DNA from: an uncultured Bacteroidales bacterium
Lineage (GTDB): Bacteria; Bacteroidota; Bacteroidia; Bacteroidales; UBA932
DNA length: 64,000 nt
Direction of reading: 5' to 3'
Assembly (NCBI GenBank): GCA_949286415.1
Contig: CASEBV010000016.1
Span: 12,967 to 76,966 of the forward strand
Positions 29,883 through 39,902 of the stretch are shown piece after piece (within the stretch, counting starts at the first letter, position 1; each line of letters opens with the position of its first letter). A program made the translations under genes and the position numbers. The notes below the pieces were generated by a model. The model had not been told where the DNA came from, did not search any database, and saw only the letters and a list, made by a program, of their open reading frames with translations.

Positions 29883-31277
29883 TCAGATATTCATTCTGAT
29901 TCTTCTGCCCTGCGGATGAAGATTGTTGCATCTGTCTCCGATATTTTTGATGAATCCGAGTCTTAGTCCATTGTATGTGAGGCAGACATATCCTTTCTGG
30001 CATTCCGGGCGGATAGGGTCGCGGCGCAGGAACCTGAGAGCTGTCCCGAGGTCAACTTCCGTATTCGGCCATGCATTGTCTGCCGTCAGAAGAGACAGCG
30101 CAAGGTCGGCTGACGGTATGAAATCTCTCCCTTTCAATGCGCCTGCGCTGCATCCGTATGACAATGTCCTGATAGTCTCTGCCACTGTCCTGACATCGGC
30201 TGATATCTGTTCGGGAACTGCCTTTATTGACTTTTCATCCCCTGTCAGTCTGACGGGAGAAGAAAAGAGGTTGTCCGGCAGCATGCTCCTGAGTTTTCTG
30301 TCGGCAGAATATGCGTTTTTGGGACTGTCCGGTTTCCGTTTTCCGGGGATTTGTCCTGATTTGAGCACTGCACTGCAATATTGTCCTTCGCCCGGGACCA
30401 GTCCCGGAACGAGAAGAAATCCATACTCAGTCTCTATTATGCCAGGATAATCGTTCCCGGATCCGGGGTGACTGAATATGGGAACTGCTTCGAGGTTGTT
30501 GCATATCCATTTGATATTCAAGTCATTTTCATACCTGTTGAATGTGCATGTGGAATATATGAGAATCCCGCCTTCAGCAAGGGATTCCCATGCGTCGGCA
30601 ACGATTCTTCTCTGTCTGGCCTGGCACAGGGCGACATTGTCGACAGACCATTGGGCAGCAGCCTTGTCGTCTTTTCTGAACATGCCTTCGCCGGAACAGG
30701 GAACATCGGCGACAATAATGTCGAAATATCCCGGCAATGCCCTGAAATTCTCCGGGTCGGCTGATGTGACAATGACATTGGGGTCCCCCCATATTGCCGT
30801 GTTGTCTGCAAGCACCGATGCCCTTTGCCGGATGACTTCGTTGGCGACGAGCAGAAAATTGTCCCCGGCAGCCAACCTCAGTGAGGCTGCCAAGTCCGTG
30901 GTCTTTCCTCCCGGGGCGGCGCAAAGGTCAAGGACCCGGACGGGATGTCCGCCCTTGGATGCCTGCATCCGCTTCCCGGATACAGTTCTGAATATATGCC
31001 CGACAAACATGGCCGAAGAGTCCTGCACATAGTATCCTCCGGCATGGAAGACAGGGTCAAGGGTGAAATTCGGCCTTGTGTCCAGCATCACTCCGAATCT
31101 GTTCCATGGGACAGTCTCCCCGACAGGCCCCTCTCCGGCATGTCTCTTGAGCGGATTCATTCTGATTGAGACTGACGGGGGCATTCCGAATGCAGAAAAA
31201 GCGATACGGGCATTTTCCTGCCCGATCGCTTCTTCAAGATATTTTCCGAAAGTTTTGTCTGCTGCCGTCCCTGACAT
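29883..31277 (-). CDS. RsmB/RsmF-family rRNA cytosine-C5 methyltransferase
   Basis: SAM-binding DLCAAPGGKTT, catalytic DVPCSGEGMFRKD and YSTCT motifs, and a C-terminal PUA-like extension. Confidence 0.85.
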   Translation of the reverse strand: MSGTAADKTFGKYLEEAIGQENARIAFSAFGMPPSVSIRMNPLKRHAGEGPVGETVPWNRFGVMLDTRPNFTLDPVFHAGGYYVQDSSAMFVGHIFRTVSGKRMQASKGGHPVRVLDLCAAPGGKTTDLAASLRLAAGDNFLLVANEVIRQRASVLADNTAIWGDPNVIVTSADPENFRALPGYFDIIVADVPCSGEGMFRKDDKAAAQWSVDNVALCQARQRRIVADAWESLAEGGILIYSTCTFNRYENDLNIKWICNNLEAVPIFSHPGSGNDYPGIIETEYGFLLVPGLVPGEGQYCSAVLKSGQIPGKRKPDSPKNAYSADRKLRSMLPDNLFSSPVRLTGDEKSIKAVPEQISADVRTVAETIRTLSYGCSAGALKGRDFIPSADLALSLLTADNAWPNTEVDLGTALRFLRRDPIRPECQKGYVCLTYNGLRLGFIKNIGDRCNNLHPQGRRIRMNI

Positions 31278-31283
31278 GGTATA

Positions 31284-31757
31284 TCAGTTGAAATATCCGT
31301 TCTCTTTTGCCTTTCTCAGCATTTCGGGGTCGATTCCCTCTGGCATTCGTCCTTCTGAAACTGCAGCCATTGTGTCCACAATCTTGTCAAGTGCTTCCTG
31401 AAGCTTAGAGCCCAGAACCATCTTCATCATGAAATTCAGTTCTGCGGACATTTCAATATGGAAATCCGTCTTGTCGGGATCTCCTCCGTCCGCATCAAAG
31501 TGCATAGTGATTCCGAATGGAAAGGGAGCGCCGTCGTCTTTGAATTCTATGCCGGAATAGGGAGTGCGTCCGACGATTCTGATGCCGACATTGAATCCTT
31601 GCACGGTGGTCCTGATTGAGTCATAGTCGGCCGTGACTTCATTCTTCTTGTCTTCTGGAAGAAACTGCACGAAATTGCGCATGTCGACGAACATCATATA
31701 TAATATATATGGAGCCTTTGAGACAATTGCGTGCTTGCTCTTGATGATAGTCGGCAT
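31284..31757 (-). CDS. hypothetical protein, possibly SRPBCC/START-like
   Basis: 157 aa from the ATG at 31757 (MPTIIKSK). The start overlaps the pyrE stop (TAATG). The fold assignment is only an impression from sequence pattern. Confidence 0.5.
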   Translation of the reverse strand: MPTIIKSKHAIVSKAPYILYMMFVDMRNFVQFLPEDKKNEVTADYDSIRTTVQGFNVGIRIVGRTPYSGIEFKDDGAPFPFGITMHFDADGGDPDKTDFHIEMSAELNFMMKMVLGSKLQEALDKIVDTMAAVSEGRMPEGIDPEMLRKAKENGYFN

Positions 31758-32398
31758 TACTCTTCCTTTTTGCCCCAGGTTGAAGGAGAGAATCTCCATT
31801 CCTTGAGGAGTTCCATGTCTGAATCCTTGATGTAGCCGGTCTCTCTGGCTACTTCGATGAGAGTGTCGTAGTTTGTCAGGGTATAGAGCTCGATGTCGGC
31901 GACTTCGAAGGCTCTTCTTGCCTGATTGAAATTATAGGAGAAGATGGCTGTCATGCCAAGGACATTCACTCCTGCCTTGACAAGGGCATCGACAGCCGAC
32001 AGACTGCTTGAGCCTGTTGAAATCAAATCTTCCACAACCACAACCTTGGCGCCTTTTTCTACTGAACCTTCTATCTGTGAGCCGGTCCCGTGATCCTTTG
32101 GCTTCGGCCTGACGTATATGAACGGTTTCTTGAGAATATGGGCAATCAGCATCCCGTGCGCTATTGCTCCTGTCGCAACGCCGGCGATGACCTCTGCCTC
32201 AGGGAACTTCTCTGAAATTATCCCGGCCATCTGCCTGCATGCTTCTTCCCTCAGCTCTGGATATGAGAGAATCCTCCTGTTGTCGCAATATATGGGAGAA
32301 AGCCATCCGGATGCCCATTTGAAAGGTTCGTCCGGCCTGAGTGTCACGGCTTTGATGTCCAGAAGGGACTTCGCTACTTTTCTGTCAATGGATTCCAT
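31757..32398 (-). CDS. pyrE: orotate phosphoribosyltransferase
   Basis: PRPP-binding motif VVVVEDLISTGSSS. The start is probably the ATG at 32398 or 32407 (MESIDRK / MNCMES); the GTG at 32473 in the track gives an implausible extension. Confidence 0.9.
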   Translation of the reverse strand: MESIDRKVAKSLLDIKAVTLRPDEPFKWASGWLSPIYCDNRRILSYPELREEACRQMAGIISEKFPEAEVIAGVATGAIAHGMLIAHILKKPFIYVRPKPKDHGTGSQIEGSVEKGAKVVVVEDLISTGSSSLSAVDALVKAGVNVLGMTAIFSYNFNQARRAFEVADIELYTLTNYDTLIEVARETGYIKDSDMELLKEWRFSPSTWGKKEE

Positions 32399-32449
32399 AC
32401 AATTCATATTCTTTGTATTCAAATTAGTTTGGATTCCGATGTTTCTGCC

Positions 32450-32457
32450 TATCTTTG
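32450..32457 (+). promoter_or_regulatory. candidate -7 box TATCTTTG for the NUDIX gene
   Basis: Matches TAnnTTTG, 58 nt upstream of the ATG at 32515. Confidence 0.35.
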
Positions 32458-32489
32458 TGCTCCGTATGAACACCGGAAAACATATCGTG

Positions 32490-32497
32490 CAAATTTA
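32490..32497 (-). promoter_or_regulatory. candidate -7 box (TAAATTTG on the minus strand) for pyrE
   Basis: The plus strand reads CAAATTTA, the reverse complement of TAnnTTTG. Confidence 0.35.
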
Positions 32498-32514
32498 ATA
32501 ATTTTAACCGAGAA

Positions 32515-33129
32515 ATGCATAGGATATATTTGGAAAAAAGATGCATCATCATCTGTCCTCCGGACGAGCCCGCTCTTTCGGATCCGAATGCAGTACAGTA
32601 TAATGTCGGAGAAAATCCTGATGTTCACTCGCTTATAAATATGTTTGAGTCGTCTCCGTCTTTGGGCAGGATATATATTCCGGTCAGTCAGACCGAGGAT
32701 ACCTACAGAAAAATATGTTCGGAGTTCGTTCAGGTGAATGCCGGAGGGGGACTCGTGTCGAACAGGCGCGGGGATTATCTGCTCATCAGCCGCAACGGCC
32801 TTTGGGATCTGCCGAAAGGCCATCAGGAGGCCGGAGAGGACATCAGGACGACGGCTTTGAGGGAAGTGCAGGAGGAGACTGGCATAAATGACTTGCAGCT
32901 TAGGAACTTGATATGTGTCACCGATCATTGTTACCGGAGAAACGGGCTGTGGCATCTCAAGCATACATGGTGGTTTGACATGCTGTATGATGCGCCTCTT
33001 GACCTTACTCCGCAGCGGGAAGAGGACATATCCCGTGCCGCCTGGGTGGCAAGGTCGAGCCTGACTCCCTTTTTGCTCAATACTTACCCGTCGATAGTTG
33101 AAGTGTTCCGTGCCGCAGGTTCAATATGA
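32515..33129 (+). CDS. NUDIX hydrolase
   Basis: Nudix box GLWDLPKGHQEAGEDIRTTALREVQEETG. Confidence 0.85.
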   Translation: MHRIYLEKRCIIICPPDEPALSDPNAVQYNVGENPDVHSLINMFESSPSLGRIYIPVSQTEDTYRKICSEFVQVNAGGGLVSNRRGDYLLISRNGLWDLPKGHQEAGEDIRTTALREVQEETGINDLQLRNLICVTDHCYRRNGLWHLKHTWWFDMLYDAPLDLTPQREEDISRAAWVARSSLTPFLLNTYPSIVEVFRAAGSI

Positions 33130-33236
33130 TTCAGGATATTATTGTGGCAGGCATAAAAAATATCCATGAAGTGAAACAAATTTGCGTAGAAATCGTATAA
33201 TGAATTGCATGTGTAATCTACAGGTTATATTGAATC

Positions 33237-34286
33237 ATGAAACTTTCACAATTCCAGTTCAACCTTACCAAAGACAAGATAGCATCGGAGCCGCCGAGGT
33301 GGCGGGATGAATGCAAATTGATGGTTCTCAATAGAAATACAGGAGAAATCGAGCATAAGCTTTTCAAGAATATCATAGATTATTTCGGCAAAGGCGACAC
33401 TTTTGTCCTGAATGATACCAAAGTGTTCCCTGCACGGCTGTATGGCAACAAAGAAAAGACCGGGGCTGACATAGAGGTCTTTCTGCTGAGGGAACTCAAT
33501 AGGGAACAGAGGCTATGGGATGTCATAGTGGATCCTGCAAGAAAAATCAGAATCGGCAACAAACTGTACTTTGGTGAAGATGAAAGTCTTGTGGCAGAAG
33601 TGATTGACAATACGACTTCCCGCGGAAGGACACTCAGATTCCTTTATGACGGGAGCTATGAAGACTTCAAGGACACGCTGTTCAGTCTCGGAGAGACTCC
33701 GGTGCCCAAATGGGTGAAGGAGAAGGTCACTCCGGAAGATGCGGAGAATTTTCAGACAATCTTTGCGGCGCATGAGGGTGCCGTGTCCGCTCCTGCAGCC
33801 GGGCTGCATTTCAGCCGGGAATTGTTCAACAGGATGATTCTTAAGGATATAAACAAAGTGTTCATCACGCTTCACATGGGCATAGGACATTTCCGTTCTG
33901 TAGATGTGGAGGATTTGTCCAAGCACAAGATGGATTCCGAGCGGCTGATAATCCCGCAGGAAGCGGCAGATGCCATCAACAGGACAAAGCGCGGAAAGCA
34001 CCGTGTCCTGGCAGTCGGGGTCACGGTAATGCGTGGGCTTGAAACTTATGTGACAACGGACGATGAAGTGAATGCCTATGACGGCTGGACCAACAAATTC
34101 ATTTTTCCTCCCTACAGGTTTGCCGTCCCTGATGCAATAGTGTCAAATTTCCATCTCCCGTGCTCTACCATGCTCATGTCTGTGGCTGCTTTCGGGGGGT
34201 ATGAGAATGTGATGAAGGCATATGATGCCGCCTTGGCCGAGGATTATAAATTCGGTCCGTACGGAGATGCGCTTCTTATAATTTGA
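33237..34286 (+). CDS. queA: S-adenosylmethionine:tRNA ribosyltransferase-isomerase
   Basis: 349 aa. Typical QueA N-terminus (F.F.L....IA..P...RD..KLMV) and conserved HAGIG-like HMGIGHF. Confidence 0.92.
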   Translation: MKLSQFQFNLTKDKIASEPPRWRDECKLMVLNRNTGEIEHKLFKNIIDYFGKGDTFVLNDTKVFPARLYGNKEKTGADIEVFLLRELNREQRLWDVIVDPARKIRIGNKLYFGEDESLVAEVIDNTTSRGRTLRFLYDGSYEDFKDTLFSLGETPVPKWVKEKVTPEDAENFQTIFAAHEGAVSAPAAGLHFSRELFNRMILKDINKVFITLHMGIGHFRSVDVEDLSKHKMDSERLIIPQEAADAINRTKRGKHRVLAVGVTVMRGLETYVTTDDEVNAYDGWTNKFIFPPYRFAVPDAIVSNFHLPCSTMLMSVAAFGGYENVMKAYDAALAEDYKFGPYGDALLII

Positions 34287-34319
34287 TAAAAAAAAGAAAA
34301 AACATAAAAAAAGAGAAAA

Positions 34320-34356
34320 ATATGGGCTTCCGGACTCGGAAGTCCATATTTTTATT
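34320..34356 (+). terminator. rho-independent terminator after queA
   Basis: 13-bp stem ATATGGGCTTCCG / CGGAAGTCCATAT (one G-U pair), loop GACT, followed by TTTTTATT. Confidence 0.8.
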
Positions 34357-34379
34357 CAGGCTTGCGCTTTTCTTTTTAG

Positions 34380-34387
34380 TATTTTTG
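34380..34387 (+). promoter_or_regulatory. candidate -7 box TATTTTTG for dprA
   Basis: Matches TAnnTTTG, 43 nt upstream of the ATG at 34430. Confidence 0.4.
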
Positions 34388-34429
34388 TGACGGCATTTCC
34401 CGGCATTTCCGGAATATTTGCCTGACAGT

Positions 34430-35587
34430 ATGAGCGGAGAGGAAGAAGAGAGAGTGAGCTGTTGTGCTCTGAATAAAATTTTCGGATACGAGCCGGGGAT
34501 ATCTCATGCCATCATCGAGACCATGGGCAGTGCGTCTGCAGTGTTCGGACTTGATGCTGACGGGCTTGAGAGTGTGTTCGGCCCATATTCAAAATACAGG
34601 AATCATATATCTGCTGCAGCTCTTGACTCTGCTGCAGAAGATTTGGCCCGGCTGTCTGCGTGCGGCTGCGGATTTGTAGGGTGTACGGACAGCAATTATC
34701 CGGCTCTCCTGAAAGAGTGCCCGGATGCGCCTGCCGGACTATATTTCAGGACATCCCTGGCTCTTGATCATGTATTTTCCGGCAGGGACATGATTTCAGT
34801 TGTCGGGACAAGGGACATGTCGCCTTATGGAAGGGAGTGGACTGAGAAGCTTGTTTCAGCAATGTCCGCTACAAAGTCCCGCCCTGCAGTTGTGAGCGGG
34901 CTCGCGTACGGCATCGATGTCACTGCGCACTGCGCGGCTCTGGATTCAGGCCTGCTGACCATTGCCGTCATGGCGACAGGCCCTGATGCCGTGTATCCGT
35001 GGAAACACAGGGCAGTCGCAGAAAGAATAGCCGCCCAAGGGGCTCTTGTTACAGATTTCCCTATGGGAACATCTCCGCTGAAAGCAAATTTCCTCCGCAG
35101 GAACAGGATTATTGCCGGACTTTCAGGCTCAACGCTTCTTGTTGAGTCGCGGCGCAGGGGCGGAGGCATGATGACTGCATCCCTCGCGTTTTCGTACGGC
35201 AGGGATGTCTATGCTTTGCCGGGGCGTGCGGATGATGTGAGGTCCCAGGGATGCAACTGGCTGCTGAGGACAGGAAAGGCAGAAGCGGTATATTCTCCTG
35301 ATGATTTTGTCGCAAGGGCGGGGCTCGGCAGGACAGGATCCCGGGAGGATCTCTCACCGGAGACTTTGGTAAGAAGCCGCTGCCTGCATAGGACTGGCGA
35401 CGACAAGATCATGGCTATGGCGTCCATACTGTCTGCCATACGGGGAAACAGAGGGATTACATTGGATGAACTTGTTGAAATGTCAGGACTTGCATGGGAC
35501 GAAGTCAGGGAATATGTGTCCCGCCTGGAATGCGAAGGCCTTGTGTCTGTCGATGTGCTTCAGCGCTGTTGCATAAAAGGGGGCTGA
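34430..35587 (+). CDS. dprA: DNA-processing protein DprA (Smf)
   Basis: The Rossmann-like DprA core (VVSGLAYGIDVTAHCAAL, TLLVES...GG) and a C-terminal winged-helix-like tail. Confidence 0.88.
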   Translation: MSGEEEERVSCCALNKIFGYEPGISHAIIETMGSASAVFGLDADGLESVFGPYSKYRNHISAAALDSAAEDLARLSACGCGFVGCTDSNYPALLKECPDAPAGLYFRTSLALDHVFSGRDMISVVGTRDMSPYGREWTEKLVSAMSATKSRPAVVSGLAYGIDVTAHCAALDSGLLTIAVMATGPDAVYPWKHRAVAERIAAQGALVTDFPMGTSPLKANFLRRNRIIAGLSGSTLLVESRRRGGGMMTASLAFSYGRDVYALPGRADDVRSQGCNWLLRTGKAEAVYSPDDFVARAGLGRTGSREDLSPETLVRSRCLHRTGDDKIMAMASILSAIRGNRGITLDELVEMSGLAWDEVREYVSRLECEGLVSVDVLQRCCIKGG

Positions 35588-35591
35588 ATGC

Positions 35592-36551
35592 TCACTTGGA
35601 ATTGAGGGACTCAAGCCTGGATGCTGCGGCCATGCTTTCATTCTCCGGACCATATTCAATGAGCATCGGCAGATATTTCTTCTCAAGTTTTGCGTTTTTC
35701 ATTTTTCTGGCTGCAATTATGCAGTTCTTGATGGCTGCATAGTCTCCCGGCTTGACTTTGAGGACTTTGTTATACCATTTTATTGCGGCTTTGGGATTGT
35801 TTTCCGCAACCAGCATATACGAACCTATGTTTGCAAGGAATATGGGGTCCTGGGGAAATATCGACAGCATTTTTTCTGAAAGTGCCCTGAATGCCGAATA
35901 AGAGTTCTCCGTGCCTGTGGCATAGAACAAGGCACAATATTGCTGCATCAATGATTTCATGAACTTCTCGTCCACAGTGTCTCCCGGATATTCCCACCTG
36001 TCCCTGTCTTTCTGCCAGATGTCGGCAATGTCCTTGAGCTGTGCGAGAGCCATGTCCGGACTTCCTTTCTCGTATGCGCAGAGTGCGTCTGTCTTGAGAA
36101 TCTGCAGGTCAAGCCTTTCGGGAGCCATAATGATGGCGGCCCCGATATTTTTCATGGCTTCCGCAAACAGCCGGTCGTTATAGAAGCATTCATTGTGATA
36201 GTATACCGGAGTCCCTGTCGAGTCCTTCAGAGACAGGATTGGCTCAGAGCCGAGATGCTTTCTGCTGCCGGTCTGGACGACCGAGTCCCTTCTTGACTTG
36301 GCGAAATAATATCTGAACCTTGCTTCAGGAATCCTTATGTCGGACGAGTCTTCCTTTTCCCATGCGTCCAGAAGTGTCTCTATGCCGATTCCGTCATAGC
36401 CGAGCTTTGATACAAGCAGGCTGTACCTTTCAGCAAATCTTTCCGTATTCCCTGAGGCTGTTCCCGGATTCTGCGGCGACTGGCCGAAGATGCTGCCGGA
36501 ACTGATGGCAATGCACAGCGTGCAGATTATGGCCGAGTGAAGTATTCTCAT
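35592..36551 (-). CDS. secreted TPR-like repeat protein
   Basis: ATG at 36551 gives a signal peptide (MRILHSAIICTLCIAISSGSIFGQ). The body is helical-repeat-like. The longer track ORF (to 36755) would run over the pepO start. Confidence 0.55.
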   Translation of the reverse strand: MRILHSAIICTLCIAISSGSIFGQSPQNPGTASGNTERFAERYSLLVSKLGYDGIGIETLLDAWEKEDSSDIRIPEARFRYYFAKSRRDSVVQTGSRKHLGSEPILSLKDSTGTPVYYHNECFYNDRLFAEAMKNIGAAIIMAPERLDLQILKTDALCAYEKGSPDMALAQLKDIADIWQKDRDRWEYPGDTVDEKFMKSLMQQYCALFYATGTENSYSAFRALSEKMLSIFPQDPIFLANIGSYMLVAENNPKAAIKWYNKVLKVKPGDYAAIKNCIIAARKMKNAKLEKKYLPMLIEYGPENESMAAASRLESLNSK

Positions 36552-36636
36552 TATTGTCTTGTCTGAAATTCTGAAGTGTGGAATGCAAATATGCGGATTT
36601 TTTTGAAAAGTTTGGCCCAATAAAGATGAAATTGTA

Positions 36637-36644
36637 TACCTTTG
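36637..36644 (+). promoter_or_regulatory. candidate -7 box TACCTTTG (with a TTTG at 36611-36614 as a possible -33 element) for the M13 peptidase gene
   Basis: Matches TAnnTTTG, 31 nt upstream of the ATG at 36676. Confidence 0.5.
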
Positions 36645-36675
36645 CAAGTCATGTATGAATTTAATGAGTTGACCA

Positions 36676-38685
36676 ATGAAGAAAATTCTGTTGATGATAG
36701 TCCCTGCCCTGGCAGTGGCCTGCAACGAAGCTCCGCAGGGTACCCCCGCAATCAATCTTGAAAATTTTGACGCATCCGTGTCTCCTGCTGAGAATTTTTA
36801 TCAGCATGTGACCGGCGGCTGGCAGAAGAACCATCCTCTGAAGCCGGAATATTCAAGATATGGATCATTCGATGTCCTGAATGAGAACAATCAGAAGCGC
36901 ATCAATGAGATGTTTCTGTCTCTCGGACAGCAGTCTGTCATGCCGGGAAGTGCCGAACAGAAAATAGTTGACCTGTACAGAATGGGGCTTGACTCCACAA
37001 GGCTGAATGCCGAGGCTTCGTCCCCGCTCCAGCCTTTCCTTGAGAAGATCAGGTCTATCAAGGACCGCCGCGCCCTGGTGGAGGCTGTGGCAGGAATGCA
37101 TTCTGCGTCTGACTATCCTTTCTTCAGTACGGGTGTGGCTCCTGACCTCATGGACAACTCCAGGCAGATAATGTATTTCTCCCAGTCGGGTCTCGGGATG
37201 GGAAACAGGGACTACTATGTGGACACTGCGAATGCAGAGCTCAAGGAAGGGTACAAGGCATTCCTTACGGGAATATTCTCCTTGTCAGGATATTCTGATC
37301 CGGAAAAGGCTGCTGCGGACGCCCTCTCCGTCGAGGATGCAATTGCTGCGGCATCATGGTCGAATGTTGAGCTCCGGGATGTCCTCAAAGGATATAACCC
37401 GACATCTTCCGCTGAGCTTGTCAAGCAGTATCCGAACCTTGATTTCTCAGTATATTTCAGGACTCTCGGCCTGAATGACCAGGACAAGCTTGTCGTGGAG
37501 CAGCCTTCATATTTTGCTGCCCTTGATTCAATTTTTGCCGGCACTGACATTGAGGTCATGAAGAACTATATGGCAGCCCAATTGATTTCAGGAGCCTGCA
37601 GTGCATTGAGTGATGACTATTATGATGCATATTTTGACTTCTTCGAGAAGCAGATGGCAGGCGTCCGGCAGCAGAAGCCTCGCTGGAAAAGGGCTATGGC
37701 CGTTCCTAACAGCCTGCTTTCGGAGGCGGTCGGAAAAATGTATGTGGCCAAGTATTTCCCTCAGGAACAGAAGGACAGGGTGCTGGCGATGGTTGAAAAT
37801 ATCCGTACCGCGCTCGGTGAGCATGTTGACTCTCTTGAATGGATGAGTGACTCCACCAAGATGAAGGCCCATGAGAAACTCAATGCCTTTGTCGTCAAGA
37901 TAGGATATCCGGACAAGTGGAAGGACTACTCCTCGCTCATCATCAATCCGTCCCTCAGCTATTATGAGAATATAAGGAATGCAGCCAAGTGGTATGTGGC
38001 AGACAATCTGTCGCATCTCGGAAAGCCTGTAGACAAGACGGAATGGCATATGAGCCCTCAGACCGTAAATGCATATTACAATCCTACTACAAACGAGATA
38101 TGTTTCCCTGCCGCCATTCTTCAGCCTCCATTCTACAATCCTGAGGCTGACGATGCAGTAAACTATGGAGGAATAGGGGTGGTGATAAGCCATGAAATGA
38201 CTCACGGCTTCGATGACCAGGGAAGGAATTTTGACAAGGACGGCAACATGGTCAACTGGTGGACAGATGCTGATGCCGAGGCGTTCAATGCGAAGGCCAG
38301 GATTCTTGTTGACCAGTTCAATGCTGTTGAGATACTTCCGGGACTTCATGCCAACGGGGCTTTATGTCTTGGAGAAAACATCGCTGACCAGGGAGGACTC
38401 CGTATTGCATACACGGCCATGCAGAATTCATTCAATGGCAAGACTCCTGAGCCTGTTGACGGCTTCTCTGCAGAACAGAGGTTCTATATCTCATATGCAA
38501 CTCTGTGGGCCCAGAACATAACTGACGAGGAGAAGGCTCGGCTCACGAGACTGGATGTGCATTCACTCGGAGAGTACAGAGTGAATGTAACCCTGCGCAA
38601 TCTTCAGACTTTCTTTGATGCTTTCGGCATAGAGGCCGGTGACGGCATGTTCCTTCCGGAAGAGGATAGGGTCATCATCTGGTAA
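36676..38685 (+). CDS. pepO: M13-family zinc metallopeptidase (PepO / endothelin-converting-enzyme-like), lipoprotein
   Basis: 669 aa. Lipobox (LAVAC), the HEMTHGFD zinc site, the downstream ENIADQGG motif, and the C-terminal W. Confidence 0.9.
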   Translation: MKKILLMIVPALAVACNEAPQGTPAINLENFDASVSPAENFYQHVTGGWQKNHPLKPEYSRYGSFDVLNENNQKRINEMFLSLGQQSVMPGSAEQKIVDLYRMGLDSTRLNAEASSPLQPFLEKIRSIKDRRALVEAVAGMHSASDYPFFSTGVAPDLMDNSRQIMYFSQSGLGMGNRDYYVDTANAELKEGYKAFLTGIFSLSGYSDPEKAAADALSVEDAIAAASWSNVELRDVLKGYNPTSSAELVKQYPNLDFSVYFRTLGLNDQDKLVVEQPSYFAALDSIFAGTDIEVMKNYMAAQLISGACSALSDDYYDAYFDFFEKQMAGVRQQKPRWKRAMAVPNSLLSEAVGKMYVAKYFPQEQKDRVLAMVENIRTALGEHVDSLEWMSDSTKMKAHEKLNAFVVKIGYPDKWKDYSSLIINPSLSYYENIRNAAKWYVADNLSHLGKPVDKTEWHMSPQTVNAYYNPTTNEICFPAAILQPPFYNPEADDAVNYGGIGVVISHEMTHGFDDQGRNFDKDGNMVNWWTDADAEAFNAKARILVDQFNAVEILPGLHANGALCLGENIADQGGLRIAYTAMQNSFNGKTPEPVDGFSAEQRFYISYATLWAQNITDEEKARLTRLDVHSLGEYRVNVTLRNLQTFFDAFGIEAGDGMFLPEEDRVIIW

Positions 38686-38699
38686 CCTTAAGCCTGCAG

Positions 38700-39866
38700 A
38701 TGGATGTATCGCTTTTTATAGCACGCAGAATAAGATTCAGGAACAGGATTGCATCAGTTGCCGCCGCAGTCAGTTTCCTGGTGATGATAATAGCTGTCGC
38801 AATTTCGTCCGGTTTCCGGCACGAAATCCGCGACAGCATTTCTTTGCTGTCCGGTGATGTGCAGCTGACATCTTCAGACATGAACTGGACCGGAGAGTCA
38901 TCTCCGATAGAAAAGCGCCCGTCGTATTTCGGCCGCCTCCAATCCATCCCCGGGGTTGAAAGTATCGTCCCGTGCGTCTACAGGGGCGGTATAGTGAAGA
39001 GTGGCGACAATATCCACGGTGTCATGTTCAAGGGGACTGAGACCGACACTTCTTTGGCCGGACTGGGCATATCCGTACCGAAGAGACTGGCGTCTCTTCT
39101 CAATTTGTCTGAAGGAGATGAACTGACGGCATATTTTGTCGGGGAAAGGGTCAAAGTCCGCAGGTTTGTAATCCGTTCTGTATATGACAGCATAATTGAT
39201 TCGGATGACAATCTCCTGATATATGCATCATTGTCAGACATGCAGCGTGTAAACGGATGGGACAGCGAGTCTGTGTCCGCGCTCGAGATTCATCTTGACA
39301 GCAGGATGACGGATGAGAAATCAATAATTGCCGCCGCCGAAGAGGCAGGGATGGCGGCCCTTGCATTTGCCGGCGAGGATGAAGCTTCTGCAGTTGCCTC
39401 GTCTTCGGTGTCCAGATATCCTCAATTGTATGACTGGTTGAATCTTATTGATTTCAATGTGTTCCTGGTGCTTGCACTCATGACGGTTGTGGCCGGTTTC
39501 AATATGATTTCGGGGCTTCTTATAATGCTTTTTGAGAATATCCCTATGATAGGAACTCTGAAATCGATGGGGATGAAAGACAGGTCAATCGCAAAAATAT
39601 TCCTTTCAGCGGCTTCTCATGCCGTGCTGAAAGGAATGGCTGTCGGAAATGCAATCGCTTTTCTGTTGTGCTGGATTCAGAGTTCGACACATTTGCTGAA
39701 ACTTGACCCTCAGAATTATTTTGTGTCATTCGTCCCGGTTCACCTTGACGCCCTGAATATTCTTGCTGCCGATGCTGCCGCATACGCGGTAATAATGCTT
39801 CTTCTGATGATTCCGTCATTCTTTATTTCCGGTGTCGACCCGGCAAAGACTGTACGCGTCGGGTAG
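38700..39866 (+). CDS. FtsX/LolC/LolE-family ABC transporter permease
   Basis: 388 aa. N-terminal TM segment, a large periplasmic loop, and three C-terminal TM segments with an FtsX-like pattern (LKSMGM.DRSI..IF). Confidence 0.8.
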   Translation: MDVSLFIARRIRFRNRIASVAAAVSFLVMIIAVAISSGFRHEIRDSISLLSGDVQLTSSDMNWTGESSPIEKRPSYFGRLQSIPGVESIVPCVYRGGIVKSGDNIHGVMFKGTETDTSLAGLGISVPKRLASLLNLSEGDELTAYFVGERVKVRRFVIRSVYDSIIDSDDNLLIYASLSDMQRVNGWDSESVSALEIHLDSRMTDEKSIIAAAEEAGMAALAFAGEDEASAVASSSVSRYPQLYDWLNLIDFNVFLVLALMTVVAGFNMISGLLIMLFENIPMIGTLKSMGMKDRSIAKIFLSAASHAVLKGMAVGNAIAFLLCWIQSSTHLLKLDPQNYFVSFVPVHLDALNILAADAAAYAVIMLLLMIPSFFISGVDPAKTVRVG

Positions 39867-39871
39867 TAGTC

Positions 39872-39902
39872 TTTAGCCCGATGATATTTTCGGACCGGGC
39901 TA
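39872..39902. terminator. hairpin between convergent genes
   Basis: TAGCCCG (39872-39878) / CGGGCTA (39896-39902) stem with a 17-nt loop. It overlaps the stop of the minus-strand gene. Confidence 0.35.

Noticed and set aside
34391-34410. Tandem 10-bp repeat CGGCATTTCC x2 upstream of dprA
   Set aside because: It has only two short units inside a 5' leader and no associated structure or recognisable motif. That is too little to interpret.
36552-36755. Upstream 68-codon extension of the TPR-like ORF (track ORF 35592-36755), and similar 5' extensions of pncB (46018-46119), murU-like (47466-47597) and pyrE (32399-32473)
   Set aside because: The extensions overlap neighbouring genes or promoter boxes and precede clear signal peptides or conserved N-termini. 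Internal ATG starts give lengths typical of each family.
37588-38349. 253-aa minus-strand ORF
   Set aside because: It is antisense inside the M13 peptidase gene, opposite the region carrying the HEMTHGFD zinc site. It is a shadow ORF.
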